Shown in pieces: positions 11,801 to 25,085 of a stretch of 64,000 nt of DNA (within the stretch, counting starts at the first letter, position 1; each line of letters begins with the position of its first letter). Location of the stretch: contig CM060734.1 of the NCBI GenBank assembly GCA_030704615.1, forward strand, positions 54,870,001-54,934,000, given 5' to 3'. The translations under genes and the position numbers were made by a program. Below the pieces are notes generated by a model. It was not told the DNA's origin. It searched no databases and saw nothing but the letters and a program-made list of their open reading frames with translations. This DNA is from Takakia lepidozioides (Eukaryota > Plantae > Bryophyta).

Positions 11801-13165
11801 CACCCTGGAGCCCTTAGGGATGTCATGTGTGAATTGAGAAATACCCCATTCAATATATTATATGTAACCGCCAATGGCACATATATCGCCAATTTTAGGA
11901 CACCCTAACCGTCCTATTCATAACCGTCTAAATTTGAAGAATTTTGTAAAATAGATAACCGATGGATATACTAAAATAAAAAATTTACTCTTATATATAA
12001 CCAATGGAGTGTGTCCATCCCAAAAATATTGAAGTAACCTTAACCGCCGGATATGGAAAATTCTTATAACCGGCCAACACTGGTGCAAACCCTCTCCGCG
12101 ATGATGCACAACCGTGGGTTTTGATACTCACGTTGAAAAGAGATTTGGGGTTTAGAATCAGGGGCGTCGGAATCTTTGTTAGTGTTGGTGGTATATGCTT
12201 CCAAAGGAATAGGATTCTCGCACTGAACAGTTTCGGAAGTCGAGGGAGGGGAGCAGCTGGCTTAGCAGCGTTCACTTGCGGCAACCCTCTTCGAATGGGG
12301 TTGGCGATGGAACCCAGACCGATCTTTAGTGTTTTTGACATGTTACTGCAGAAATCAAACAATCGGAATGCGGGAAACTTTGGATTGAATATTTTCAAAA
12401 CCAGTGAAATGGTGGGACAAAGCCAAGCAGGAAGGTGCATATTACAGCAGAAAGAAGCATAAAAAATTTCTGTCCTTCTCGTTTAATGTGCTAAATCCTT
12501 CAGTACCATCGCTCATGATCCCGTTATTGTATTGCGAAATGTGTCGAGAGTGACAGAGGTACCCGTCACGATATGCCTCCGACGGGGATGGAGTGTGGAC
12601 TCAGATCAATCTCAGAGGACCAGGTTTCACGCGGAAGAGTACCCACGAGACACTGTGGGTTGATAGCTACAAGAAACCTGCGTGGTTAGATGGTTAATTG
12701 GAGAATCTGGAAGCAGCTAGGGAAAAGTTCACGGCGAGCACTTGTGGAGGGGGATCGTCGGGGTTCTCCCAGTAGGATGTTCCTCCTCTTTGTACACATA
12801 AAGACCTTCCAGACTTGGATCTTGTCAGTTGCATTATGATAAGGTGTTATGCTAAGTAGCGCCGTTATAATGTTCAGAGATTTTGCGTTTAAACCTTTGT
12901 CAGTGACGTTTGAAACACAATTGTTTTTGGTAGTCCATGTCTAAATGGACTGTACTGGTATTTGCAGCTGCTCTCCAAGTAAAGATGTGGCAAGGAGCGA
13001 GGCATCATCAAGAGATAGAATTTCTAACTTCTAAGTCGCAGTTTTGAGAAGTTTTATTGTAAAGTTTTGGAAGAATGAGTGTTGAGGCATGGAAGTTTGC
13101 AGGTTTGAATCAGGCACAGTTGTTTAAATCAGACACCTCCACCATGAACACTGGTTTCAAAGGAC

Positions 13166-15219
13166 GTGGGAGTCATCGAGAATTTCTCTGGCAATTGTGG
13201 AGATGTGAGGGCTTTATGTAAGGCAGGACATCTGAAGGCCTCACTGCATTTATTAAACCAACAAGGCATTTTGGGGGGAGATTCCAATATGTATCTCAGT
13301 CTCTTGCAAGAGTGTATTGACCTGAAATGCCTAGCAGCAGGAAAGCAGGTGCACACCCACATTGTCCAAAGTGGATTGAAGCCAAACTTATGCTTACTCA
13401 ACACCCTTGTCAACATGTATGCCAAGTGTGGAAGTGTGGAGGATGCACGCCAAGTGTTTGACAAAATGCCTTCACGAACTTTGTTCACATGGACTATAAT
13501 GATAGCAGGATATGCCAAGCAGGGGTGTGGTAGGGAGGCTTTCAAGATCTATGAGCAAATGCAGCAGGAAGGGGTGACTCCCAACAAGGTGACGTTCACT
13601 TGCATCCTTAATGCATGTGCCAGCCTAGGAGCCCTGGGAAAGGCCAAAGCAATCCATGCAGACATTGTCAAAGCGGGAATTGTGCCAGATATCATTTTGG
13701 ATAATACCCTTGTTGTCATATATGCCAAATGCGGGAGTATGAAGGATGCACATCAATTGTTCAGCAATATGGGCAAACGAGATGTTTTCTCATGGAATGC
13801 CATGATCGGAGGATATGCTCAGCATGGGTTTGGTAGGGAGGCTGTCCACATTTATAAGCAAATGCTCCATGAAGGGGTTGTGCCCAACAAGGTTACTTTC
13901 ACTTGCATTCTCAGTGCTTGTACCAGCATCGGAGCCCTAGAAGTAGGCAAAGAGGTTCATGCTGACATCATGAAAGCCGGAATTGTGCCAGATATAATTA
14001 TGGAGAATGCCCTCCTTGCCATGTATGCCAAGTGTGGGAGTTTAAAGACTGCGTGGCAAGTCTTTGAAAGTATGGCTCAACGAGATGTGATCTCATGGAA
14101 CACAATTATCAAGGGGTATGCTCAGCATGGGCACAGTACAGAGGCTTTGGAGATATACAAGCACATGATACGTGAACAGGTGATGCCTGACAAGGTCACA
14201 TTCACTTCTATTGTCAATGTGTGTGGTACCTTGACAGCCCTGGACAAAGGCAAAGAAGTGCATGCTGACATCATCAGAGCTGGAATCGTGGGAGATATCC
14301 TTCTAGAGAATACCCTCATTGCCATGTATATGAAATGTGGGAGCATGAAGGATGCACGCCGAGTTTTTGACAGTATGGCTCAACGAGATGTGGTCTCATG
14401 GAGTGCCATGATTGCAGGATGTGATCTGTGTGGGAGTAGTTGGGAGGCTTTCCAGATCTATGAACACATGATACGGGAAAGGGTGCCGCCTAACAAGGTC
14501 ACATTCACTTGTATCCTCAGTGCATGTGCCAGCTTAGGAGTGCTGGAAGTGGGCAAACAGATCCACGCAGACATCATGAAAGCTGCAATTCCACAAGATA
14601 TCCATCTGGATACTGCCCTTGTTGCCATGTATACCAAATGTGGCAGCTTAGAGGATGCATGTCAAGTATTCAGCAATATGGCTGAACGAAATGTGGTCTC
14701 ATGGAACGCAATGATGACAGCATATGGTCAGCATGGGCGTGCCAGAGAGGCCCTCCTACTATTTGAACAAATGCAACAGGAAGGCTTAGAGCCTACTGGT
14801 GTCACCTTTACATGTCTCCTATCTGCATGTAGCCATATGGGCCTAGTGGACGAAGGCTGTCACTACTTTGATTCCATGAGTGAAGATCATGGGCTCATTC
14901 CTACAATGGAGCATTTTGGCTGCATAGTCGATCTTCTTGGCCGTGCAGGGCGACTGAAGGAGGCCGAGAACTTCATTAACAGCATGCCGATTGAACCAGA
15001 TGCTTCAGTGTCGGGAGCCTTGCTTGGTGCCTGCAGAATTCATGGATTTGTAGAGCTAGCAGAACGTACTGCAAACTGCCTTTCAAGTGGGATCCATCCA
15101 ATGCTCAAACTTATGGGCTGCCAACCAACATCTGTGCTCCGCCTGGCAGGTGCAATGATAAAGCAAATGTGAAGAGAATGATGGAGGATGAAGTTATCAG
15201 TTTACCTTATCCCAGGTGA
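13166..15219 (+). CDS. PLS-class pentatricopeptide repeat protein with E domain (RNA-editing-factor type), probably lesioned
   Basis: Repeated P-L-S triplets (SWNAMIGGYAQHG, PNKVTFTCILSAC, NTLIAMYMKCGSMKDA), L2/S2 HFGCIVDLLGRAGRLKEA and E1 GALLGACRIHG. E2 continues in another frame (DPSNAQTYGLPTNICAPPGRCNDKANVKRMMED, stop 15219). No DYW motif seen. Confidence 0.88.
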
Positions 15220-16814
15220 ATCCTTAATCCAATTCCACACCACCTCAAGCAAGGTCCAGAACCCATTTGGTGAGATTCATGTGGGCTATGCATGCATGCA
15301 TGGCGTATGCATATGAACACAGGATGGTACAGAAGAGATTGAATTGCTGTAAGAAAATGTATGCGATGAACAACCCTTAAATGTCTAACCTCTGAATTCA
15401 GCAGAAGAGGATCGGCAACTGCTGCAACAAGCTTAATTGAGCATCTCCTTCCTCTCTGCATCCTGTCAGAACCTGGACACTTCCCACCCAGTGTTAATAG
15501 GTTGATGAATTTTCCCCAGATATCCGGTTGTGCAAGGGCATTTTTCCTATATGCAGCCAGGTAGATCACACACTGAAACCTCCATCTTAGGCCTGTGTGG
15601 ATTTTAGCTGAGGATCGCCAGAGCCCTTATCATAGGGTCGCTATTTAAAAGGAATAGAGGTGCTGGTAATGCTTTAACAGGCGAATCTTGTTTGCACAGT
15701 TTGAAGGAATAGCATGCCAGTTTGAGAATCACCCTTAAAGTATGATGAGGTCCTCTCGCACTCCATGTATGCTGCATCCGATATCTTTGGGATCCCATCG
15801 ATCTTTGAGCCCTGGGGCCTCACACTACATCATTTGCTGTCTACCTTTGAGTCAGTTTTGTGTAGATTACCAAGTTATGCATTCAAGTGTCACTTTTCTG
15901 CAATGAATATAGGATCTATTTCTTTGATTTCTGACTAGAATATATTGCCCTGTCCTGGAGTGACGCTATTGGTCTGAGGGAAGTGGCTTTTCTGCTTGAC
16001 TTCCTCACCATCAGCATGAAGTTTTGTGTACATAGAAGAGTTGGCAAGTCATCAAGAGCAGTGCACCACAGTGATTCTTCATGTGGGGTTCATCGTTTGC
16101 ATGATTGTAGCCTTTTCATTGGATTTGTAAAGCCTGACATCAAAGGCCTAATGGTCCGCACTTGCGGCATGATGGCCCCACCACCTCACATGCTTGCCTT
16201 AAACTTAAACTTGTTACGCTGGTTACAGGCGGTAACCCGCGATCCTCACAAGATTTGATAACCTGGCTGCGCATGGATGAGCTGACACTCTCGATGTTTC
16301 GAAAACCGGTTATGTCCCGTACCCGCCCCGCCGCATGGGGTAACCCACGGCCTCGTGCCGGTTACGTATGGTAAATGGTCCTAATAATGCGCAGTTCTCA
16401 ACAATGTTCCCAATATTGCGCACCTGTTTGCACAGTTTGGATGAATGTTATACGTTATCATCCAGAACATTCCATCCATATTCTACCTGTCACTTCCATG
16501 CATTCTTCCATGCACTTCATGCTTCTTGCTTCCCGCCTCTGCTCCCCACAGCTTAGATCGACCATTGCCATGGCGTGAACTCCATCGATCTGGCAGAGCA
16601 ATTACATACAAGGTCGCCATCATATCTTCATAAAAATAGTTGCCATCACATTTTCCACAAAATATCCATGAAACAAGTCAATGCGGTTATGGAATCTGTC
16701 TCATAGTCAAAATCGTGAACCTTACATCTACAACAATGGAGCGACAATGAGGATGTGCAGCCACGAATGGTCAACTGGAAACAACAGCGGCAACATCACA
16801 AATGATAGAACAAG

Positions 16815-16960
16815 GCACTGCTAATGAAGGCACCTTCTTCAACACATTTCAGCCTGTTTTTCCCTGTTATTAGAGTCGTCCCTAAATTTTCATGTTGAAT
16901 TCTGCAAGTTAGCTCGTTGGTGTAAGAGGGCCGGATTTCAAGCTCCAAATTACCTATGAT
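16815..16960 (+). repeat. Dispersed fragment homologous to the OSB PDF-motif repeat at about 58.3-59.4 kb
   Basis: CACTGCTAATGAAG...TTCTGCAAGTTAGCT matches 58889-58986. It is followed by AGAGGGCCGGATTTCAAGCTCCAAATT (RGPDFKLQI). Confidence 0.65.
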
Positions 16961-17687
16961 GGAAGGATTTCTGTCGTTGAATGCCACCGCAACATATTTA
17001 CTGACGTTAGCCTCTAGCTCCCAAACGGGTCATGGCAGCAGGGTCAGAAAATGAATATTGCCGACCACACAGCCGGCATTGGCATTGTCCTCTTCTTCTC
17101 TGCATCTGTTTATTGTTCTAAGGTAGACTCCCGCCCGCAATTTAGATTTTGTCTAGTGCTGACTGTAGCTAGGCCCTTTTCTTGCTGTAGCGGCTTGGCT
17201 GTCAGCCCCATGGATATAACAGAAATCAAGGCCAAATGATAGCATGATGTTTTTTTGTGCCCAGGTTCCGTGCATTGCAGTAGTGGAGAATATGTGCTCC
17301 ATCAAAGCGAGAGCTCCTATTCTGTCAGTTACCAACGCAATTCCATTAGTGACGAAGGTCAACGAAGGTGAACAAGAACATTTCAATCTGCCCAACGAAC
17401 CTGCCCGGAAAAAATAAATTTTAGAGTTTGAAATTGAATAAAAGATCACATTCCAAAAAGCGAAAAGCACCTTATACAAGGACAAAAGAGCTACCTTCGT
17501 TCAACTTAGGTCCAACAAATATATATATTTTTCACCAGCATCATTGGACGTTTCCGTAGCATACGATAATCCAAGCTAGGGATCAAAATGGCTAAAAAAC
17601 ATGCAGAATTCTTCCACGTTAGAAGTCCATATCTCACGTTGGTTTTTTTTTTTTTTTTTTTTTTTTCCTCCGTTCCCAACATCCATT

Positions 17688-17860
17688 TATTTCGTTTTTA
17701 CCTTTATGTTCTCCCGCTCAGCCTCCACCTTCGACAGCCAAAGGTGCATGTCAGTACAATGTTTTTTTTTTTTCCGACATTCATTTTTTTCGTTTTTACC
17801 TTTATGTTCTCTCGCTCAGCCTCCGCCTTCGGCAGCCAAAGGTGGCATGTCAGTACAATC
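17688..17860. repeat. Local duplication, about 70-bp unit at about 99-bp period
   Basis: TTTCGTTTTTACCTTTATGTTCTC...CATGTCAGTACAAT occurs twice. Confidence 0.75.
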
Positions 17861-17969
17861 TCGTGTCATTTTTCATTATTGTTTCTCACAAATCCAAGCA
17901 TACAATTACGGGCAGCTCGAGAAAAATATTATATTGCCATGTGGCCGCCGTTTGCGCATCCACGTCACA

Positions 17970-18412
17970 CTGATGGCTGATAGCTGATAGAATAGCAAAC
18001 CCCCTTCAAAGCTGATGGGAAGCACTACTACATTTTGGCCAGGGCTCAGGTTCCAAGGTATGTGCATCACTGTATCACTCAATGTGAGTCAAAGCAAATC
18101 TTTACAAACAAATGCACAAGAATGTGGGCTATGCACTGCACCTTCATGTTTTAGTGTGGGTGTATCATGATGGCTGATGACTGATGGCTGATAGCTGATA
18201 GAATAGCAAGCCCCCTTCAAAGCTGATGGGAAGCGCTACTACATTTTGGCCAGGGCTCCGGTTCCAAGGTATGTGCATCACTGTATCACTCAATTTGAGT
18301 CAAAGCAGATCTTTACCAACAAATGCACAAGAATGTGGGCTATGCACTGCACCTTCATGTTTTCACATGCACCGCCATCCTCCAATGGCTTTAGTGTGGG
18401 TGTATCATGATG
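17970..18412. repeat. Tandem duplication, about 211-bp unit
   Basis: CTGATGGCTGATAGCTGATAGAATAGCAA...GTGTATCATGATG at 17970 and 18181. Confidence 0.85.
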
Positions 18413-19028
18413 AAACCTTTTGAAACCATCCATATCTTAAACCCTTCCCATTTTGACTACCATGTTAATCTCATAAGTGGTATGTCCTAAATATTTAGAC
18501 CTTGCCTTTTGAACCTGTGTAGTTTTCTGAAAAATGTTCCTTGAATGGGACAAGATTTATGACTGACCACCTCCTCGTATTTACTTTTGGCTTTCTTGGT
18601 GTGAGAAGTGTGTATTTTCATTGCCTTGGCTAACTTTGCTATCCACAAGAAATCCAGGAGGTCTAGTTTCTCAACTTGCCATTGGCTTTAAGGATCTTCC
18701 CCATGCAATGATAGTCCAGTGCTACTCTCCCTGTAAGTTTCTGCAGTGTACTGCCTGCAAAGAGGGAAATAGGTGGGTGCAGCTCTTCCAGTGATGTCAT
18801 CATTGACAAGGTTGCTGGATGTTGACAATGTTCAGTCCATAACGAGTGCCCCCAGTGGTAACGTATTCTATATAAGACCCAGCCTTTACAGTGTGATCTG
18901 ATGTTTCATGGTTGTTGTGCGTGTCATTGGTGCAAAAGAGGTCTTGCTAGATTTAATGCTTCAATCATATGTCTAATAAGTCCCAATTGGCAGCTATAGC
19001 TTCTGTTTGCTTTTGTTTCCTGTTAAAG

Positions 19029-20616
19029 GGTACTGCTCGGGGCTGGGTTCTCTAGCCTCAGTGACAATACTATGCATGATTGGGTTTCTGATATGCACAC
19101 TGAATCAAAGACCACTCAAACTGTGCATGATAGTTTTCTTGCCAATGAATCTGATCGACAGACACTTATAATTAGGTGAGTTGGTTGTTTACACACTCGC
19201 TGCAGATTGGTACATTTCACCCTGTGGCCCCTTGAGGCGGAAGAGGATCCAAATCCAGCTCATTGCAGCAAGCTCTAGCTAAAAACTCAACTTGGAACTA
19301 GGAAGCAAGCTATAGAGAAGTGTTGAACTAGACAAGGTGGTTTGAACACGTGTTCTGGAGAAACGAATGGCACTGTTGTACATGAGGATAAAAGACTTAT
19401 CTTACGGAGACATGATGTGATGGTTTTGTTTTCATGATATATCTTGTGCTTGTTTTTGTATCTTTATCTGACACTCACCTCTCGACCCAATTCATGCTCA
19501 CCCATTTCCATCTTAAGGCAAACTGTCGAATGCCTGCTCTTCAGATATTATAATTTGCACAGTCCATTTATTTTTTGAGGATTTACCGAGTTTCTTCCGA
19601 CAGCAATTTCTGCTCCTGAAACCTAAGTTTTTTGTGGGAATGAGTACTTCTGTGTTGAAGTTTGCATGTGTGGAACAAGATGAGGATCTGGATGAGCTGA
19701 GTGCTAGCGTGGAGCACTTGGGTGGTGTTGGACTCACCATTCACGAGGAGTTGTCTGGACAGGTGGTTTCTCACCATTGCCCACTCGGTTGTTTGATTGG
19801 GTTGTCAACCTAGTAGACAATCATAACACATTGGACTCTCAAACTCACGTAGTTATGGGTCTCTCTCTCTCTCTTCCATCCGTCCTCTCCCCTGACTAGC
19901 AGAGTAGGATATTGTCTCCATGTGATATGGTCATGGTTGTCTCTCTTGTTTGTGAAATGGGAGCTGATTGGGCCTACTTGTGATCCACTCACAGACTCCC
20001 CCCCTTCCTTAGCTCGTTCGTCTCTGTTGTTAAGACACGGGATAAAAGGTTGTTTCCTTTGGTTGGTTGTGTATTCCACACTACTGTGCGTTGGGGGTCC
20101 CATGAGTGGTATAAAAAATCTTTTTTCTAATGGTCAAAACTATCGGTCATGGCATGTCATTCACAACTTGGATGAGGCAAAAACAATAGGTGGACCAATC
20201 TGTTTGGGATGCAATGGTGTTGGCAGGAGAGAATTATTGATGACTTGGCTCATGACATGAACAACACATCTACTAGTCTTGAGTTTGTTCATGTAGGTCA
20301 TCTGTCACAGTACCCTCCCTTCCTATCCAAGACAATCAAAGAGTTCAGTCTAACTAGTGAGTAAGCGTTTCGTTTGTGTACATGACGGTGTGTGTCAGAG
20401 GAAGATTTCTTTGAAAGACTGGTTTGCATACATGTTATGCATTAAGCATTGCCACTCATCTTGAGGTAACAGGAAAATGGAATGTCTTTGTGGGTTGGTG
20501 CGAAGAAAAGGTTGGCTATCGTGATGAAGAAGGCTGGATGGAAGGGACAAGTGACGATGATTGTCTTTCTGGTTGTCTTATTGATTATTCTCACCTTCCT
20601 TGTTGTTTCTGTTTAA
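19029..20616 (+). CDS. SYP61: Syntaxin-6/SYP61-like Qc-SNARE, 3' exons (about 19029-19175, 19672-19762, 20227-20292, 20506-20616); possibly a pseudogene
   Basis: Spliced translation HDSFLANESDRQTLII / EQDEDLDELSASVEHLGGVGLTIHEELSGQ / ERIIDDLAHDMNNTSTSLEFVH / KRLAIVMKKAGWKGQVTMIVFLVVLLIILTFLVVSV* gives a SNARE motif plus C-terminal TM. The 5' exons were not resolved, and the acceptor before 19672 is not AG. Confidence 0.82.
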
Positions 20617-21314
20617 GCCGTTTCATGCGCAAAAGTAAGGTTGTATGAGAGTCTTCACATTGCAAATGAAGTCATTGTGAAAACAGTAGCATTTGTTCCA
20701 AAAAGTGGATTTTGAGGGGGTTTGATTATGTCTCCAAACCTGAGCTGTGAATTGGATGAACAACCTGAGCTGAACAACATGAACTGGATATTCTTGGGAT
20801 CTGCTTACACTTTCAACTTCTTTCCAAAAATAAGATTTAAGGCATAATGAGATAGGCGTATCTGCGGTGCTCCCTTGTTTCTCCTGTCATCTATAGAGAG
20901 AGTGCAGCCATTGACTGTCCTGCAATTTTAGTTGTGACTTTTACCATGAGGGTATAGTCCCTTGTGGAGCCAAGTGTGGGGTTTGAACCCACTAGTGCCA
21001 ACTGGAGAAAGAGCCAGAGAGGTTGACATTGTCCTTTGTTTTATAAATTACAAATACTTATTGGCCTTTGGATGTTTGGTTCCAAGTAAGAAAATGTGTT
21101 CGGTCCTAACATTGCGCATTTGATTGTGCGCGCAATCAAGTGCACAATATTAGGGACATTTCTACGTTTACAGAGATCCCATACCCATTGCATGAAAACC
21201 TGATGGGTTATTCTCAATTTTATAGATTTAACATAATGAAAAATATTTATGGGTTGCCAACTGTAGAAAAAAAAGACCCGTGTAAAAGAAAAATTTGAAA
21301 TTCCATTAGGTTAA

Positions 21315-23804
21315 CCCCTAATGGACGAGGCGACCCGTTTCGGGTCGCGTCAGTGTGGCTACAGAATTCATCCAGGATGTAACTTCGTCGGATGACCTCG
21401 GATGAATTTTTTTTTTGAACGAACGTTGTGCGCCTTGATGTCATGCATCTGCCTGTCTTTATGGCACCCTAAAATAATAAATTCCCTGCCGTCAGTGATT
21501 TTCTTAGTGTGCAGGGGTACCCAAAATTGGGTGGTTCAGAGCTTTCCAGCACCTTTGACCTGGTGACGTGGCAGGCTAAAGGGGTGAGGGGGCGATAAAA
21601 AATCGATGGGTTTACGCATGGGGCTGCATGTCCGCCCGTGCGGTCACACCCAGGCACCCAAAATAATGATGATGACGAGCCCGGCAGGTGGCGAGAGCGG
21701 CGGGGTATCTTCCCGCAACATCGCGGGAAACACGGATAGAAGAAGCGTTGTCCTCCCTCCAATGTGCAGCACGTTTGTCGAATCGAAGCGTAGATAGCAT
21801 CTATGCTAATTTGCAAGCATGACACTGTGCGTGATGTATTCACGTCGAAGTACCCTAGATTCGCCACATGGGGTGATGTGGATGCCATGTTTGAGCACTG
21901 TGTGCATACAATTTCCGATACCAATAAGAGCATAAACTGGGATTTGGAAGTAGAGGATGAGTGGGACAGCAGACCGAGGATGTCATCCAACATACATGAG
22001 GATAAACGGACGTGGATACCACGGAATAATCCAGCGTCATAGGTAACAGATGGTACGGTGTGCACAATGTGCCTAAACCCTTACGGACCGGAGGGAGGCT
22101 ATATGCTTGGTTCATGTGACCATTTGTTCCACCCTGCATGTCTCATATCGGCAGCCATGCGAGCCAGCCAATGCCCTGACTGTCGTGGACCAATCCATCG
22201 ACGTTTCTACGAGTTGTTTGGGTTGCAAGATAATATGCCCACGGGATACGAATACAACCGGTACAACATGCCATTAAATGTATTGCCTTACAATTTTTTA
22301 AATTGGCAGCACTGGGGGAGACCGTAGGTGTGTTGGTTAGTTTGTAGTGTCTTAGAAATGTTATAACGTGGAGGTCTTAGGTTCAAGTATGCATTGCATG
22401 ATATATGTACAACAATGAACATATCGCCATTAGACAGAACCGGAGTCAATGGTCAACGCCAGAGTTAATGGTCAACAAGTTTTTGAAATTCAAATTTCAA
22501 ATTCAAATTTTCCCGCCTAAATTCAAATGTACCCCCTTAAATTGTGACGTCCGGGCGTCACACTTTGCGACCCCCGGACAGCATTCTAACCAATCTACAT
22601 GCATAGATTTCTATTTGGGCCAATTTCTACTTGAATCCAAATTCTGGGGAACTCATGCCTGAGCCGGCAGAGGATTCCGGCCCAAAAAATCGGGCTACGT
22701 CATCGATTTATGGGGAATTGACGGGCACCCAAAACCCAGCACCCGGCGAACGCGAAGGCATGCCCTTCTTTTCATCATGCGAACCTATAAGTAACGAACT
22801 GCCCAACTGCCAACCGTCTGAGCTCTCTTCCAATGTCACTACTGCCTGCGATATGCATGAATTTGTACACGTTATATGCATATCCCTATCGCTTCAAAGC
22901 TTGTTCTGAATGTTATCTTCTGTTGTCTGCAGAGACAAATGTCTCTCTCACAAAAAGAACACTCCCGGGTGAAGCTAGTTGTTGATCTCACCCCCGTTTA
23001 TTTGTATGTAGAGGTCCAAGACAAATGACAAAAGATACTGAAAACCCTAGCTCTCTCTCGTAAATGAATATGGACTAAACAGTGCTTGGCCTGAAATTCA
23101 CTGCAAATAGCTGGTTTATGATTTGTCTGCATGACCATGCAGGACAAGTGGTGCCTCTGTTGGATATTGTCACTAATTTGATAGTTACTACTGTGATCAA
23201 AATTTCCAAATTTCCAGGGGACGACAACACATGTGGAGTTACATAGTAGAAGCTGCAATGGTAACAACGCCTGGGATGGAGAAGTTGTGTGTATACTGGA
23301 CTATCCAGCTCTCAGGTCAGATGAAATGGCTGCTCAGTTGAAGGGCTATTACTGGAAGCATATGGCTGAAGTGACATCAGCAAAATTTGGACACATTTGA
23401 GGCAGATTTGGGGTCAATTGTAATGGAGACCGTTTTTGACCCACCAATTTTCCCATACAAAGCAACCCTCATGTGGAATTTGGTTTTGGAATTTTGGCCC
23501 AAGGTGCTCTACATGCCACGCAATTAGAATCTGGGTATGTTGTATCAATGAAAAATCATTTTGCCAGGCCAATTGCTTGGTCAAACCATTTTTTCACTCC
23601 AAAACTAGAGCACAGTAAATATTTACAGCTTGCATTTTTGTTGTAATTTTTGTAATGACACGGTGAAATCACTTGGATTAGGTAGGACTACTTTCATACG
23701 GTTCATCCCCCTGGATGCTTGTCAAATGTGAGATATGCCCTCAAACATGAGGGCATGTTCCGTTTTGGAATGGGCCCACCAAAAACAAGCTCGTCCATTA
23801 GGGG
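21315..23804. mobile_element. Non-autonomous piggyBac-like (TTAA-specific) DNA transposon, 2490 bp
   Basis: TTAA|CCCCTAATGGACGAG ... CTCGTCCATTAGGGG|TTAA: a perfect 15-bp TIR starting CCC, with TTAA on both sides. Confidence 0.75.
21803..22327 (+). pseudogene. RING-H2 zinc-finger ORF inside the TTAA element (one in-frame TAG at 22040-22042)
   Basis: CTMC-x12-CDHLFHPAC-x10-CPDC fits C3H2C3. ORFs 21803-22042 and 22058-22327 are in the same frame. Confidence 0.75.
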
Positions 23805-25085
23805 TTAAGCAAAATGTGACAGGTGCATGCTGAAAGTGAGCATTATTAGGACCATTTACCATAGTCCAAAGTATTCCTCTTGTTTTCCAGGCGAAATACT
23901 TAACGCCGTTGAGTCAGGCCCCGTCACTGCCCGCAGACCACTGTGCTCGGTATGTACGCTGCTGCTTCCAGGATTCGGGCGAGCCCTTGGTGCTGGCAGG
24001 CGCTTCAGGATGGCGACTTCGTCGAAGTGCACCACAGCAGACAGCTTTGACAGAGGAGCGCAGTACATGCTTTTCTCCATCACACCACACTCTCGAACAT
24101 GGATTCAAGCTGCTTGTACGCGGTGCATTCCTAGTATCGACTCTCTCCCGGCGCTATCGTGCATCTGTGCAAGCTTTGGTCTGTCGTGAAGAGTTTGCAG
24201 ATGATACAGGAGCAGCAGGGAGTTACTCGGCCGACATTCTTGAGAGGCCTCCAGTCCTCTGATCTGTACAGCGTAAGGTGAAAGCGATGCAGCTGGAATT
24301 AACCTGTCTACTCGAGCTTGGTGTTTTCGTGTTTTGTTGAGCATGCGATGGTTGCATTAATCCAAGCATCATAGCGGTCCAATCCAATCCCGTCCTGCTT
24401 TTACGAGTCTTTGCTTCTATAGCTCCACGAGTGGTTCATCATAAAGTACTTTCAGGTCTGCAGGCAGCTGGTGGCCGTGGACATCGCGCGGATCCTCTTG
24501 CCGTGTGCTCCTGCTGTAGGCCAACAGCACCCGGCATCTGCTGTGCTTACGCAATCTGCATGGTTTGAGGTAGGACAATTCTGCCCCGGGGTAGCCCCTT
24601 ACTCAAGTCTATTTGTTTTAGCCTGCACACTTCACCCTCCATACTCTACGTTGCTGCCGCAAAATGATAATTTTCTTCCAGGGCCTGTTTTCTTCAGTAA
24701 TACATCATGGCGACAATGGCTAAGATGTCACTCTCGGACCGATCATCCCTGGTAAAGTTGCAATTGGAATTAAGGCTGTCTGTATGGAAGGAAAGGACCA
24801 AACGGACTGATTGTGCTATTAAATGCTTCCGAAAGCCAAATCTTCACGTGTGCCTACCGAGCTAATATTGCTTAGAGTGCTGTCACCATCAATGGACATA
24901 TCCTGAGGGCCTACACGCAAGCCCAACAGAGTTCAGTATGGCATGGAGAACTAGAGAATTCGGACACGTGTACGTGGGTTTTTGATCTGTCCCACTCAGC
25001 CTGCGGAATCGGTCTCTTTGTCAAACTGATGGGCAATTTCTCCAGTTTCTGCAGAGTTCTATTGTACGACGTCTTCCTTGTCGAA

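Noticed and set aside
15220-15800. DYW deaminase domain after the PPR E domain
   Set aside because: No PG box, HSE-type or CxxCH motif found by eye on the plus strand.
20960-21000. SINE suggested by a B-box-like GGTTCAAACCC on the minus strand
   Set aside because: No A-box, tail or TSD could be identified.
23856-24083. Erythromycin-esterase-like C-terminus (AVVHFDE)
   Set aside because: Only a short motif resemblance, with none of the other family motifs.
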